A stretch of 64,000 nt of DNA from Clostridiales bacterium (GCA_015056315.1 SVGN01000010.1:1051-65050); one strand, 5' to 3'; shown: positions 9,291-20,415, counted from the stretch's first letter. Made by a program: numbers and translations. The notes: generated by a model not told the origin, from the sequence alone.

Positions 9291-10412
9291 ATGAAGTTTA
9301 CCTCCCTGCGTTTGCAGCAGTTCCGGAACTATCCGTTTCTGGAGCTGCACCCGGGCGAGGGCGTTACGGTGCTCTACGGCCCCAACGGCAGCGGCAAGAC
9401 CAACCTGCTGGAGGCCATGCACCTGCTGTCCCTTGGCCGCAGCCACCGCACAGCACAGGATCAGGAAATGATCGCCACCGGGCAGCATGTAGCCATCGTG
9501 CACGGGCAGACCGAGCGGCTGGATGGCAACCACGAGGTGGAGGTGCGCCTCTACCCCTTTGAGAAGCCCCGCAAGCGGGTGCTGCTCTGGGGCAAGCCCG
9601 CCTCCCGCATCGCCGACCTGATGGGCCATGCCACGGTGGTAATGTTTTCGCCGGAGGATCTGCGCATCGTGCGGGACGGCCCCGCTGCCCGCCGCCGCTT
9701 TGTGGATATGCAGCTGAGCCAGATCCGGCCCAGCTATGTAAAGGCATTAAAGACCTACCTGACCACCCTGGAGAACCGCAACGCCCTTTTGAAGCAGGCC
9801 AAATACGGCAGCGCCGCCGATCTGGAAAACGAGCTGGCCGCCTGGGATGAGCAGCTGGCCGCTGCCGCCGCCCCCATCGTGAACGCCCGCCGCTGGTTTC
9901 TTTCGGAGCTTTCGGGCTACGCCTCCCGGCAGTATGCGGACATCTCCGAAAACAGCGCCGAGCCCTTCGCCATCCGCTACACCGGGCCTTTGGCCGAGAC
10001 CGACACCCCCTACCGGGATATGCTGGCGGGCCTGACCCGCACCCGCAAGGAGGATATGCAGCGGCTTTTCACCCACTTCGGCCCCCACCGGGATGATGTG
10101 GCCATGACCCTCTGCGGCAAGGAGCTTCGGGCCTTTGGTAGCCAGGGCCAGCTGCGCACCGCCGTGCTGAGCCTGAAGCTGGGCGAGATCAGCCTGATCG
10201 AGAACGAAATGGGCGAGCTGCCCACCCTGCTTTTGGATGATGTGTTCAGCGAGCTGGACATCCGCCGCCGCAGCGCACTTTTACGGGCGACCGAGCACCT
10301 GCAGACCTTCCTTTCCTGCACCGACAAGCAGGATGCAGCAGGCGCACACGCGGAGCGCTTCCTGCGCGTAGGGCAGGACAGCGACGGCTTTGCCAACGTA
10401 ACGGAGGGATGA
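9291..10412 (+). CDS. recF: DNA replication/repair protein RecF
   Basis: MKFTSLRLQQFRNYPFLEL...GPNGSGKTNLLEAM (Walker A)...LLLDDVFSELD (Walker B). ATG at 9291 follows GGGAGG. Confidence 0.95.
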   Translation: MKFTSLRLQQFRNYPFLELHPGEGVTVLYGPNGSGKTNLLEAMHLLSLGRSHRTAQDQEMIATGQHVAIVHGQTERLDGNHEVEVRLYPFEKPRKRVLLWGKPASRIADLMGHATVVMFSPEDLRIVRDGPAARRRFVDMQLSQIRPSYVKALKTYLTTLENRNALLKQAKYGSAADLENELAAWDEQLAAAAAPIVNARRWFLSELSGYASRQYADISENSAEPFAIRYTGPLAETDTPYRDMLAGLTRTRKEDMQRLFTHFGPHRDDVAMTLCGKELRAFGSQGQLRTAVLSLKLGEISLIENEMGELPTLLLDDVFSELDIRRRSALLRATEHLQTFLSCTDKQDAAGAHAERFLRVGQDSDGFANVTEG

Positions 10413-10414
10413 GG

Positions 10415-11182
10415 ATGCAGTATCGGCCGATCATCGACCGTTTTACCCAACTGTGCCGGGAGACTTTCTCCACTAGGCTCACCGGCGTATACCTGCACGG
10501 CTCGCTGGCCATGGGCTGCTTTAACCCGGCAAAGAGCGACCTGGATCTGCTGGTGGTGGTCAAAAGCGAGCCCACCGACGGGCAGAAGCTGGCCTTTATG
10601 CAGGCACTGCTCCCGCTGAATGCGGAGGCACCCGCCAAGGGAATTGAGATGAGCATCGTTACCGAAGCCGCCGTGAAGCCCTTTCAATACCCCACGCCCT
10701 TTGTGCTGCACTTCTCCCCCATGCACCTTGACCGGTTCCGGCAGGATCCGATCGGGTATGTGCAGCAGATGAAGGGCACCGATCCGGATCTGGCTGCCCA
10801 CTGCACGGTGCTTCGGCAGCGGGGCATCCGGCTGCTGGGCGCGCCCATCCCGGAGGTATTCGGAGAGGTGCCCCGGGCCGCCTATCTGGACAGCATCCTA
10901 CAGGATGTTTCGGGCGCGGAGGCGGATATCCTGACCGACCCTGTGTACATGACCCTGAACCTGTGCCGGGTGCTGGCCTATGCCCGGGAGGGGCTTGTAC
11001 TTTCCAAACAGGAGGGTGCTCAGTGGGCGCTCCGGACGCTGCCGGAGGATGAGCGCACCCCGGTGCAGCAGGCGCTGGAGGCCTACACCACCGACCGGCC
11101 CATGCAGCCGGAGGCAGCCTCCGCCACCGCCTTTGCCCGGTATATGCTCGGGCAGATCCGGCAGAAAGCCGCCGATAACTGA
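10415..11182 (+). CDS. Aminoglycoside nucleotidyltransferase family protein (ANT(3'')/ANT(9)-like: NTP-transferase domain plus DUF4111-like C-terminal domain)
   Basis: LHGSLAMGCFNPAKSDLDLLVVV nucleotidyltransferase motif and a C-terminal helical domain as in AadA-type enzymes. An ATGA overlap is possible at 10409, but ATG 10415 has better RBS spacing. Confidence 0.7.
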   Translation: MQYRPIIDRFTQLCRETFSTRLTGVYLHGSLAMGCFNPAKSDLDLLVVVKSEPTDGQKLAFMQALLPLNAEAPAKGIEMSIVTEAAVKPFQYPTPFVLHFSPMHLDRFRQDPIGYVQQMKGTDPDLAAHCTVLRQRGIRLLGAPIPEVFGEVPRAAYLDSILQDVSGAEADILTDPVYMTLNLCRVLAYAREGLVLSKQEGAQWALRTLPEDERTPVQQALEAYTTDRPMQPEAASATAFARYMLGQIRQKAADN

Positions 11183-11188
11183 AACAGC

Positions 11189-11225
11189 GAACCCCCGCCG
11201 CGTGGCTGCGACGGGGGTTTTTTCT
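11189..11225 (+). terminator. Intrinsic terminator after the ANT-like gene
   Basis: aacccccg...cgggggtt stem followed by a T-run. Confidence 0.7.
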
Positions 11226-11269
11226 ATGCAAAAAGCAGCCCGTTGACGGGGATACCGTCAACGGGCTGC
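11226..11269 (-). terminator. Intrinsic terminator of gdhA
   Basis: gcagcccgttgacgg...ccgtcaacgggctgc stem followed, on the minus strand, by TTTTT. Confidence 0.75.
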
Positions 11270-11290
11270 CGGTGAAACATTTGGTCTGTA

Positions 11291-12637
11291 TTACACAGCA
11301 CCCTGGGCCAGCATGGCATCGGCGACCTTGATGAAACCGGCAATGTTGGCACCGGCGATCAGATCGCCCTCCATGCCGTATTCCTTGGCAGCCTTGTAGG
11401 ACTCTTCGTAGATGCCCTTCATGATCTGCTGCAGCTTGGCATCCACCTCTTCGGCGGTCCAGCTGTAGCGCATGGAGTTCTGGCTCATTTCCAGACCGGA
11501 TACGGAAACGCCGCCGGCGTTAACGGCCTTGGAGGGAGCGATCACGACGCCATTCTGCTTGAAGTACTCAACAGCCTCGGCGGTGGTGGGCATGTTGGCA
11601 ACTTCCACATAGAACTTGGTGCCGTTGGCAACGATGTTCTTGGCATCCTCGATGCGGACTTCGTTCTGGGTAGCGCAGGGCATGGCTACATCCACCTTGA
11701 CTTCCCAGGGCTTCTTGCCTGCAAAGAAGGGCACGCCGAACTTGTCGGCATAATCCTGCACCTTGTCGCGGCAGGAGGCGCGCATCTCCAGCATGTAGTT
11801 GATCTTCTCGGGGGTGTTGATGCCGTCCTCGTCGTACACATAGCCGTCGGGGCCGGAGATAGTGACCACCTTGCCGCCCAGCTCGGTAACCTTCAGCGCG
11901 GTGCCCCAGGCAACGTTGCCGAAGCCGGAAACAGCAAAGGTCTTGCCCTTGATGTCTTCGCCGAAGGTCTTGAGCATTTCAACGGTGTAGTACACAGCGC
12001 CGAAGCCGGTGGCCTCGGGGCGGATCAGGGAACCGCCGTAGGCGCGGCCCTTACCGGTGAGCACGCCGGTAAACTCGTTGCGCAGGCGCTTGTACTGGCC
12101 GAACAGGTAGCCGATCTCGCGGGCACCGACGCCGATATCACCGGCGGGAACGTCGGTATCGGGGCCGATGTGCTTGCTGAGCTCGGTCATAAAGCTCTGG
12201 CAGAAGCGCATTACTTCCATATCAGACTTGCCCTTGGGGTCGAAGTCGGAGCCGCCCTTGCCGCCGCCCATGGGCAGACCGGTCAGGCTGTTCTTGAAGG
12301 TCTGCTCAAAGCCCAGGAACTTGATAACAGACTCGTTTACAGAGGGGTGGAAGCGCAGGCCGCCCTTGTAGGGGCCGATGGCGCTGTTGAACTGGATGCG
12401 GAAGCCGCGGTTCACCTGCACCTTGCCGTTATCATCGATCCACGGCACGCGGAACTTGATGATGCGCTCGGGCTCAACGATGCTCTCCAGCACACCGGCT
12501 TCAACATACTTGGGGCTCTGCTCGATCACGGGCTCGAGGGATTCCAGAACCTCGGTAACGGCCTGAATGAACTCGGGCTCGTTGGGATTTCTCTTTTCAA
12601 CTCTTTCAAGGAGACCGATCAGATACTGATTCTTCAT
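11291..12637 (-). CDS. gdhA: NADP-specific glutamate dehydrogenase
   Basis: 448 aa with classical Glu/Leu/Phe/Val dehydrogenase motifs (KGGLRFHPSVN, GLPMGGGKGGSDFDPKGKS, GFGNVAWG). Confidence 0.95.
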   Translation of the reverse strand: MKNQYLIGLLERVEKRNPNEPEFIQAVTEVLESLEPVIEQSPKYVEAGVLESIVEPERIIKFRVPWIDDNGKVQVNRGFRIQFNSAIGPYKGGLRFHPSVNESVIKFLGFEQTFKNSLTGLPMGGGKGGSDFDPKGKSDMEVMRFCQSFMTELSKHIGPDTDVPAGDIGVGAREIGYLFGQYKRLRNEFTGVLTGKGRAYGGSLIRPEATGFGAVYYTVEMLKTFGEDIKGKTFAVSGFGNVAWGTALKVTELGGKVVTISGPDGYVYDEDGINTPEKINYMLEMRASCRDKVQDYADKFGVPFFAGKKPWEVKVDVAMPCATQNEVRIEDAKNIVANGTKFYVEVANMPTTAEAVEYFKQNGVVIAPSKAVNAGGVSVSGLEMSQNSMRYSWTAEEVDAKLQQIMKGIYEESYKAAKEYGMEGDLIAGANIAGFIKVADAMLAQGAV

Positions 12638-12837
12638 AATAAAGTACGCTCCTGTCTGAATGGATTAGCGTTCCTTCTGCAACATGCGACATCAGGTACG
12701 GAAAACGGGCAGGAACGCTTTGAAATCGACTCCGTCAACCGAAACTGATTTTACATTATACGTTTTTCAATGTCAAGAAAATGCAAGGCAAAATAAGGGT
12801 TTGAACAGTTTTTCTATTGTATTTCCACGATAGGTGA

Positions 12838-12960
12838 CGGCCAAAAGGCCTTCCCTTCGGGAAGCCCGCCCAAGAAGCTCCGCCCCTTGGGAAACCGCTT
12901 GCTGTGCCCGCTTTGCGGGTGCAGGGAGGAGGGAGCACGGCCGTTTGACTTGCAAAACGG
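12838..12960. repeat. Possible degenerate member of the GC-rich intergenic repeat family
   Basis: Contains gcgggtgcaggg and gcacagcaagcg-type segments resembling copies at 37978-38085 and 52828-53056 (reverse orientation). The similarity is partial. Confidence 0.35.
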
Positions 12961-13170
12961 AAGGAATATATAAAAGAAGAATCCTATTCCCGCAGGAGCC
13001 ACCTACAAGCTTCGGGCAACGCCCTTTTACTGGGGCGATATCCGGGTGATGCCTTACTACATTATGACAGGCAGAAACCTCCTGATCGAAAAATCCAAGG
13101 TCGCCATGGCTGCGGAGGACATCGGGGTAATGGCGGGGATCATCGGGGAGTAAGGCGGCAAAAATGCATA

Positions 13171-13205
13171 CAGAAAAGGAGCCTGCTTTCGCAGGCTCCT
13201 TCTTC
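13171..13205 (-). terminator. Intrinsic terminator of thrS
   Basis: Minus strand reads aaggagcctgcgaaagcaggctcctttt. Confidence 0.75.
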
Positions 13206-13212
13206 ACGCGCC

Positions 13213-15120
<1,908 letters not shown>

Positions 15121-15124
15121 GGTT

Positions 15125-15395
15125 TGTGTCTCCTTTCTGCATTCGGGGGACAAGAAAACGCCCGTCCCCACATGGTTCATGCGGGGACGGGCGATGATCT
15201 GTTCATTCGCTCGCGGTTCCACCCTGCTTGAAAGCAAGCTGCTTCCACTCATTTAGGCGCAGTATCGCTCGCCGTGCGTCCTTGTCGGTGGGTGGTATCC
15301 TGCCGGGTCTGCATCCGCTGCTTTCAGCCGGTGGCGGCGGTCTCTGGTAATGCAAGGGGTTCGGCGGCGTATCCCACGTCATTCTCGGATGCTGC
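15125..15395 (-). promoter_or_regulatory. T-box leader (tRNA-Thr responsive) with terminator/antiterminator
   Basis: Minus strand carries the T-box sequence AGCAGGGTGGAACCGCGAG directly followed by terminator gcccgtccccgc...gtggggacgggcgTTTTC (about 15158-15192). The AGAGA element and a candidate specifier GGAT-ACC-A (Thr codon ACC) lie upstream. Confidence 0.85.
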
Positions 15396-15396
15396 G

Positions 15397-15425
15397 ATGA
15401 TAGCACGGAAAGGGGCGAATGTCAA
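15397..15425 (-). promoter_or_regulatory. Sigma-A type promoter for the thrS leader
   Basis: Minus strand TTGACA-17 nt-TATCAT. Confidence 0.6.
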
Positions 15426-15461
15426 TAGGTACAGGCGATTTCGGTAGGGCGGGGCCGTGGT

Positions 15462-15662
15462 TCACTCCACAGCCTCATCCTCTGCCGGTTTGAACTCCGG
15501 CACAGGCCTTCCGCTCTTCCTGCGCTGCTTCACGCACTCGGTGAGCAGCCACTCGATCTGCCCGTTCACGGAGCGGAAATCCTCCTCCGCCCAGGCAGCA
15601 AGCTCGGTGTACAGCTTGGCGCTCAGGCGCAGGGGCACCTGCTTCTTTGCTGCATCGGCCAT
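15462..15662 (-). CDS. Small ribbon-helix-helix (Arc/MetJ-like) protein
   Basis: 66 aa. KKQVPLRLSAKLYTELAAWAEEDFRSVNGQIEWLL is typical of an RHH fold. It lies 3 nt downstream of the SPFH gene. Confidence 0.6.
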   Translation of the reverse strand: MADAAKKQVPLRLSAKLYTELAAWAEEDFRSVNGQIEWLLTECVKQRRKSGRPVPEFKPAEDEAVE

Positions 15663-15665
15663 GGC

Positions 15666-16676
15666 TCAGTAGAGGCTGCCGGAGTTGACCACCGGCTGGG
15701 CATCCCGGTTGCCGCAGAGCACCACCAGCAGATTGGAGACCATAGCGGCCTTGCGCTCCTCATCCAGCTCCACAACGCCATTCTGGTTGAGGCGTTCCAG
15801 CGCCATTTCCACCATGCCCACGGCACCGTCCACGATCATCTTGCGGGCATCAATGATGGCAGAGGCCTGCTGGCGCTGCAGCATCACCGCGGCGATCTCG
15901 GTGGCATAGGCCAGGTAGGTGATACGGGCTTCCACGATCTCGATACCGGCCTCATCGACCCGCTGCTGGATCTCCTCACGGATGCGCTGGGCCACCACCT
16001 CGCTGGAGCCCCGCAGGCTGCCTTCGTCGGCAATGCCGTCGCCGGTGGTATCCACGTTGGGGGCCACGTCGTAGGGGTAGATGCGCACGATGTTGCGCAG
16101 GGCGCTGTCGCACTGCAGGGAGAGGAACTCCTTGTAGTTATCCACATTGAATACAGCCTTGGCGGTATCCACGATGCGCCAGGTGACCGCAATACCGATC
16201 TCCACCGGGTTGCCCAGGCAATCGTTGATCTTCTGGCGGTTGTTGTTCAGCGTCATGATCTTCAGGGAGATCTTGTTGCTGGGCGCGGATACGGCCACGG
16301 TGCTTTCGCTGGTCTGCAGCACCATGCCGGCGCTGCTCACATCGCCGCTCTGGTTGAGGCGGGTCTTGGCAGCCGGGTTCACAGAGGAGCAGAAGGGGTT
16401 TACCCAGTAGAAGCCATCGCCCTTCAGGGTGCCGATGTACTTACCGAACAGGGTGAGCACCAGGGCCTCCTGGGGCTTGAGCACCCGCAGGCCGCACAGG
16501 GGGATCCAGCCAAAGCACAGCAGCACCAGGCCAATGACCAGCAGCCAGGCGCTGCCGCCGTTTTCCAGCTCTACAGCACCCATGATGGTGCCGACTACAG
16601 CCGCTGCCAGCACCAGCAGCGTAAGAAGAAGCGCAATCATACCGTTCTTTTTCCGGGAGAGAATGATCTCAGTCAT
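15666..16676 (-). CDS. SPFH/Band 7 (stomatin/prohibitin-like) domain membrane protein
   Basis: 336 aa with two N-terminal TM helices, then an SPFH-like core ([16 protein letters not shown]...[26 protein letters not shown]...) and a coiled-coil tail. Confidence 0.8.
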   Translation of the reverse strand: MTEIILSRKKNGMIALLLTLLVLAAAVVGTIMGAVELENGGSAWLLVIGLVLLCFGWIPLCGLRVLKPQEALVLTLFGKYIGTLKGDGFYWVNPFCSSVNPAAKTRLNQSGDVSSAGMVLQTSESTVAVSAPSNKISLKIMTLNNNRQKINDCLGNPVEIGIAVTWRIVDTAKAVFNVDNYKEFLSLQCDSALRNIVRIYPYDVAPNVDTTGDGIADEGSLRGSSEVVAQRIREEIQQRVDEAGIEIVEARITYLAYATEIAAVMLQRQQASAIIDARKMIVDGAVGMVEMALERLNQNGVVELDEERKAAMVSNLLVVLCGNRDAQPVVNSGSLY

Positions 16677-16803
16677 CAGGGTAACCTCCTTTGTTGATAT
16701 CAGAATGATATCATTAAGGTTTCAAACTGTCAAGTTTTACCGCCCAGAATGTCGGGATCGGAGCCCGAAGCAGGCGGGAAGGATGCCCGAAACCCGCTTT
16801 TCC

Positions 16804-16832
16804 TTGACTGTAGCGCCATTATGGGCTATAAT
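16804..16832 (+). promoter_or_regulatory. Promoter of the CorC/CNNM gene leader
   Basis: TTGACT-17 nt-TATAAT. Confidence 0.6.
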
Positions 16833-16936
16833 GAGCTATGCCTGTTTTCAGGCAGAAGGAGTATGATCCGCCCAATGGACGGCGACAGTTGTTATCAACG
16901 CGTCATTCTGCAAGGTTTCCACGCAATCGCATACAG

Positions 16937-16977
16937 GGCATATCCGGGTGCAGCAGCATAGCGGGTATGCCTTTTTG
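16937..16977 (+). terminator. Terminator-like hairpin inside the 5' leader of the CorC/CNNM gene (candidate attenuator/riboswitch expression platform)
   Basis: ggcatatccg...cgggtatgcc stem (9 of 10 pairs) followed by TTTTT, about 50 nt upstream of the start codon. Confidence 0.5.
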
Positions 16978-17027
16978 TGTCCAAAAACGACCCTCATCCC
17001 AAACCGATAAAGGAGCTATGAAAGAAA

Positions 17028-18287
17028 ATGTTGGCTGAGATCCTTCCTTATTTATTGATCATGGTGCTGTGCCTTCTGCTCAGCTGGTTTTTCTCTGCGG
17101 CCGAGGTGGCTTATGAGCAGCTGAACAAGAACCGCATCCGTCTGCTGGCCGAAAAAGGCGGTCGCCGTGCCGGTATGGCCCTGCGGCTCTCCGAAGATGA
17201 GGATCGGCTGGCCACCGTGATCCTCATCGGCGATACCGCTGCCGATGTGGTGCTCACCGCCCTTACCGCCCTGGTGCTGATCCGCCTGCTGGGCGGCATC
17301 GGTGCGCTGTGGGCAGTGCTGGCCTGCGGTGCTGCCATCCTGCTGCTGGGCGAGACCGTGCCCAAGCACATCGCCGCCGCCCGCCCGGAGCGCACCGCGC
17401 TGCTCACCGCCCCTATCCTGCAAAGCTTCGTGTGGCTGTTCGCCCCGGTCACGGCGCTGCTGGGGCTCATCAAAAAGCTGCTGGATAAGGTGGTAAAGCC
17501 CGAGGATGACGACCGCATGTCTCAGGAGGAGCTGCTGCTGCTGGTGGATGAAGCCCAGCAGGAGGGCGGCATCGACGAGGACGAGGGCGATCTGCTGAAA
17601 AACGTGATCGAGTTTACCGACCTGCACGCCGAAGAGATCCTCACCCACCGGGTGGATCTGGTGGGCGTGGAGGTGGAGAGCACCAAGGCCGATATCGCCC
17701 GGGTGTTCACCGAGACCCAGTACTCCCGCCTGCTGGTGTACGAAGAGAGCATGGATAACATCATCGGCGTGGTGCACCAGAAGGATTTCTACAAGAATAT
17801 CGGCGTTACGGACAAAGGCCTGCGCGAGATCATGACCCAGCCGCTGTTCATTCAGCCGGGCATCAAGATCAGCGATCTGCTCAAGCTGCTGCAGACCCAG
17901 AAGGCCCACATCGCCGTGGTGCTGGATGAGTACGGCGGCACCCTTGGCATCGTTACCATGGAGGATATCCTGGAGGAGCTGGTGGGCGAGATCTGGGATG
18001 AGCACGACGAGGTGGTGGAGGACTTCAAGCCCGCCGGCGAAAACTGCTGGATCTGCGATTGCTCCGCCAAGCTGGATGATTTCTGCGAGTTCTTCGGCAT
18101 CGAGCCGGAGGCTGCCAGCGTATCGCTGGGCGGCTGGGTCATGGAGCAGCTGGGCAAGGTGGCCCAGGTGGGCGACAGCTTCACCTATCAGGAGTTGGAT
18201 ATTACCGTTACCGAGACGGATCACCCCCGCGTTACCCGCATCCGCGTGGAAAAGCACAGCGCCCCTGCTGAGGCTGCCGAGGCCTGA
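17028..18287 (+). CDS. HlyC/CorC family transporter (CNNM: DUF21 + CBS pair + CorC_HlyC domains)
   Basis: 419 aa. N-terminal 4-TM DUF21, CBS region (VGVVHQKDF...) and C-terminal CorC_HlyC ([33 protein letters not shown]). Confidence 0.9.
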   Translation: MLAEILPYLLIMVLCLLLSWFFSAAEVAYEQLNKNRIRLLAEKGGRRAGMALRLSEDEDRLATVILIGDTAADVVLTALTALVLIRLLGGIGALWAVLACGAAILLLGETVPKHIAAARPERTALLTAPILQSFVWLFAPVTALLGLIKKLLDKVVKPEDDDRMSQEELLLLVDEAQQEGGIDEDEGDLLKNVIEFTDLHAEEILTHRVDLVGVEVESTKADIARVFTETQYSRLLVYEESMDNIIGVVHQKDFYKNIGVTDKGLREIMTQPLFIQPGIKISDLLKLLQTQKAHIAVVLDEYGGTLGIVTMEDILEELVGEIWDEHDEVVEDFKPAGENCWICDCSAKLDDFCEFFGIEPEAASVSLGGWVMEQLGKVAQVGDSFTYQELDITVTETDHPRVTRIRVEKHSAPAEAAEA

Positions 18288-18304
18288 TGCCGGAAAGGGT
18301 ACCC

Positions 18305-18466
18305 ATGAAGCGGAAAAAGAAGAAGCCCCGCCCCACCCTCCGGGAGATCATCGACAGTTCCCCCTATATACAGCTGCACCTGGGCGAGGCTGTCGCAGCC
18401 CTTGTGCTGATCCTGCCGGCCTTCCTCGGCCTGGCGGTCTACGGCATCGTCAATGCGCTGCGGTAA
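18305..18466 (+). CDS. Possible small membrane protein (53 aa)
   Basis: Hand-found ORF MKRKKKKPRPTLREIIDSSPYIQLHLGEAVAALVLILPAFLGLAVYGIVNALR: a basic N-terminus plus one TM helix. It is below the ORF-track size cutoff and has a weak RBS. Confidence 0.35.
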   Translation: MKRKKKKPRPTLREIIDSSPYIQLHLGEAVAALVLILPAFLGLAVYGIVNALR

Positions 18467-18493
18467 GTTTTGCCACCCACAAAGGAGTATATA

Positions 18494-19048
18494 ATGAAAG
18501 AATTTCTCAAGGAGACCTTCCGCCCCAATACCGAGAGCGAATGGCAGGCCATTCGCCGCTACCACCGCCGCCGTGCCGTGATCGGGCTGATCGGCATGGC
18601 AGTGGCGCTGGCGCTGGTGGGCATGATCGCCCTGACCAAAACCGTTGCCCAAAGCGCCTACCGGGGCACCTGGGTCGCCTATGACGACTACCAGGACGGC
18701 TTCCACCCGGAGGATGTGTATCTGGAGCTGCGGGAGGGCACCTTCTACCGTAACGATAACCACTGGGGCGAGCTGGAGCGGGCAGAGGGCCGGGATGTGA
18801 TCCCCGTCCGCGCTCCCGCCGGTTTCTACTACCGGTACCTGACCGTTCACGGCGATGAGCTGACCATCGAATACCGGCTGCCAAGCACCGCTTATACGAA
18901 CCCCGCCACCGCCGCCACCTTCAACTATGCCACCGACATCGCCAAGCTGGTGCAGGAGCAGGAGGAAAAGCGGAATGTGGTGGAGATGTATGTGCGCATC
19001 TCCGAAGAGTGCCGCCTGACCGACGAACAGCGGGATGCCCTGTACTGA
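18494..19048 (+). CDS. Hypothetical membrane-anchored protein
   Basis: ATG at 18494 follows AAAGGAG. One TM helix (VIGLIGMAVALALVGMIAL). No family recognised. Confidence 0.55.
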   Translation: MKEFLKETFRPNTESEWQAIRRYHRRRAVIGLIGMAVALALVGMIALTKTVAQSAYRGTWVAYDDYQDGFHPEDVYLELREGTFYRNDNHWGELERAEGRDVIPVRAPAGFYYRYLTVHGDELTIEYRLPSTAYTNPATAATFNYATDIAKLVQEQEEKRNVVEMYVRISEECRLTDEQRDALY

Positions 19049-19251
19049 GGCACCCTTTTCCGCCTGTTTCGATATGCCCATAAACACAGAACGCACAACC
19101 GCATGTAACCATTGCCAACAGAGCGCCGCCATATTCCCCATGGCGGCGCTCCCGCATATGGCACAGGTGTCTCTCACTGGGAAAGCCCTTGCAGGATACA
19201 AGATTTTTCCTTGCAGCACAGCAGTGGTGCAGGCCTTGCCATGCCTTGGTT

Positions 19252-19267
19252 TGTGAAAAACTTCACA
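19252..19267. promoter_or_regulatory. CRP/FNR-type palindrome TGTGA-N6-TCACA upstream of the peptide ABC operon
   Basis: tgtgaaaaacttcaca is an exact match to both consensus half-sites. A second related half-site (ttgtgaaaac) starts 8 nt downstream. Confidence 0.4.
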
Positions 19268-19471
19268 CATTTTTGTGAAAACTGTGGTTACACCTCTTGC
19301 ATTTTTCTTGTTTCTGTGCAATAGTTATATACGTATTTTTGTCGCTATCGGCTGGCAGAGATACCGGCGCACGACCGCTGCCCAAGGGCTGCGGCAAAAA
19401 CAAACAGAAACAGACCCTGCCGTTGTGCTGCGCCAGGGCGGGGGTCCGGTTCTGTATAAGGTGGATTGACA

Positions 19472-20401
19472 ATGAGCTCGAAAATGTTGTTCTACATCCT
19501 CAAGCGTGTTCTGCTGGCGATCCTGACCGTATGGATCGTTATCACGGTCACGTTCTTTGTGATGCACTCGGTGCCCGGCGGCCCCTTCGTGGGCGAAAAA
19601 GCCATCTCCAAAGAGGCACAGGCTGCTCTGGAAGCCAAGTACGGCTTGGATAAGCCCCTGTTTGAGCAGTACGTGACCTATCTGAAGGATATCTTTACCA
19701 AGTTCGACTTCGGCCCCTCGCTGAAGCAGCGCGGCCGTATGGTCATCGACATCATCATGGACGGTATGAAGACCTCCGCCAAGCTGGGCCTGATCGCCGC
19801 TGCCTATGCGGCTGTGTGCGGCATCGTGCTGGGCGCTGTGGCTGCCCTCCGCCGCAATACGCTGCTGGATAAGACCATCATGGTCATCACCACGGCGTTC
19901 GTTTCCATGCCATCCTTTATCATGGGCTCGTTCCTGCTCATTGTGTTCTCAACAAAGTTAGGATGGCTGCCCGCCAACGGTGCCTCCGAGGGCGGCCTCA
20001 TCCTGCCCATCATCACCCTGGGCCTCTACCCCATGGCCTACATCACCCGCCTTACCCGTTCCTCCATGCTGGATGTGCTGGGCCAGGACTACATCCGCAC
20101 TGCCCGCGCCAAGGGCGTTTCCGGTGCCAAGATCATCTTCGGCCATGCGCTGAAGAACTCCCTCATCCCGGTCATCACGTATGTGGGCCCCATGCTGGCC
20201 TTCATCGTTACCGGTTCCATGGTGGTGGAGCAGATCTTTGCCGTGCCCGGCATCGGCAGGCAGTTCGTCTCCAGCATCACCAACCGCGACTATACCATGA
20301 TCATGGGCACCACCATTTTCCTTGCTACCCTGATCGTGATCATGAACCTGATCAGCGACCTGCTCTACAAGGCTGTTGATCCCCGCATCGAATTCGACTA
20401 A
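19472..20401 (+). CDS. Peptide/nickel ABC transporter permease (Opp/Dpp B-type)
   Basis: MSSKMLFYILKRVLLAILTVWIVITVTFFVMH N-terminus and the BPD_transp_1 motif region. Confidence 0.9.
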   Translation: MSSKMLFYILKRVLLAILTVWIVITVTFFVMHSVPGGPFVGEKAISKEAQAALEAKYGLDKPLFEQYVTYLKDIFTKFDFGPSLKQRGRMVIDIIMDGMKTSAKLGLIAAAYAAVCGIVLGAVAALRRNTLLDKTIMVITTAFVSMPSFIMGSFLLIVFSTKLGWLPANGASEGGLILPIITLGLYPMAYITRLTRSSMLDVLGQDYIRTARAKGVSGAKIIFGHALKNSLIPVITYVGPMLAFIVTGSMVVEQIFAVPGIGRQFVSSITNRDYTMIMGTTIFLATLIVIMNLISDLLYKAVDPRIEFD

Positions 20402-20415
20402 GGAGGACGCTAGGC

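Noticed and set aside
13049-13153. 34-codon ORF (MPYYIMTGRNLLIEKSKVAMAAEDIGVMAGIIGE) in the gdhA-thrS intergenic region
   Set aside because: It has no convincing RBS, no recognisable family, and sits between the degenerate repeat and the thrS terminator. The evidence is insufficient to call it.
12773-13207. 144-aa minus-strand ORF in the gdhA-thrS intergenic region
   Set aside because: It overlaps the thrS terminator and the GC-rich repeat, has no RBS, and its composition is consistent with translated repeat sequence.
16138-16146. Perfect DnaA-box TTATCCACA, prompting a check for oriC given the nearby recF/gyrB
   Set aside because: It is a single occurrence inside the SPFH coding sequence. 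One further near-match (TTATCCACg near 47988) is also within a coding sequence. I saw no cluster of boxes or AT-rich unwinding element in an intergenic region.
16863-16961. Short ORF (MIRPMDGDSCYQRVILQGFHAIAYRAYPGAAA) in the CorC leader as a possible leader peptide
   Set aside because: The AGGAG element is only 1-2 nt from the ATG, too close for initiation. The region is better explained as a structured untranslated leader.
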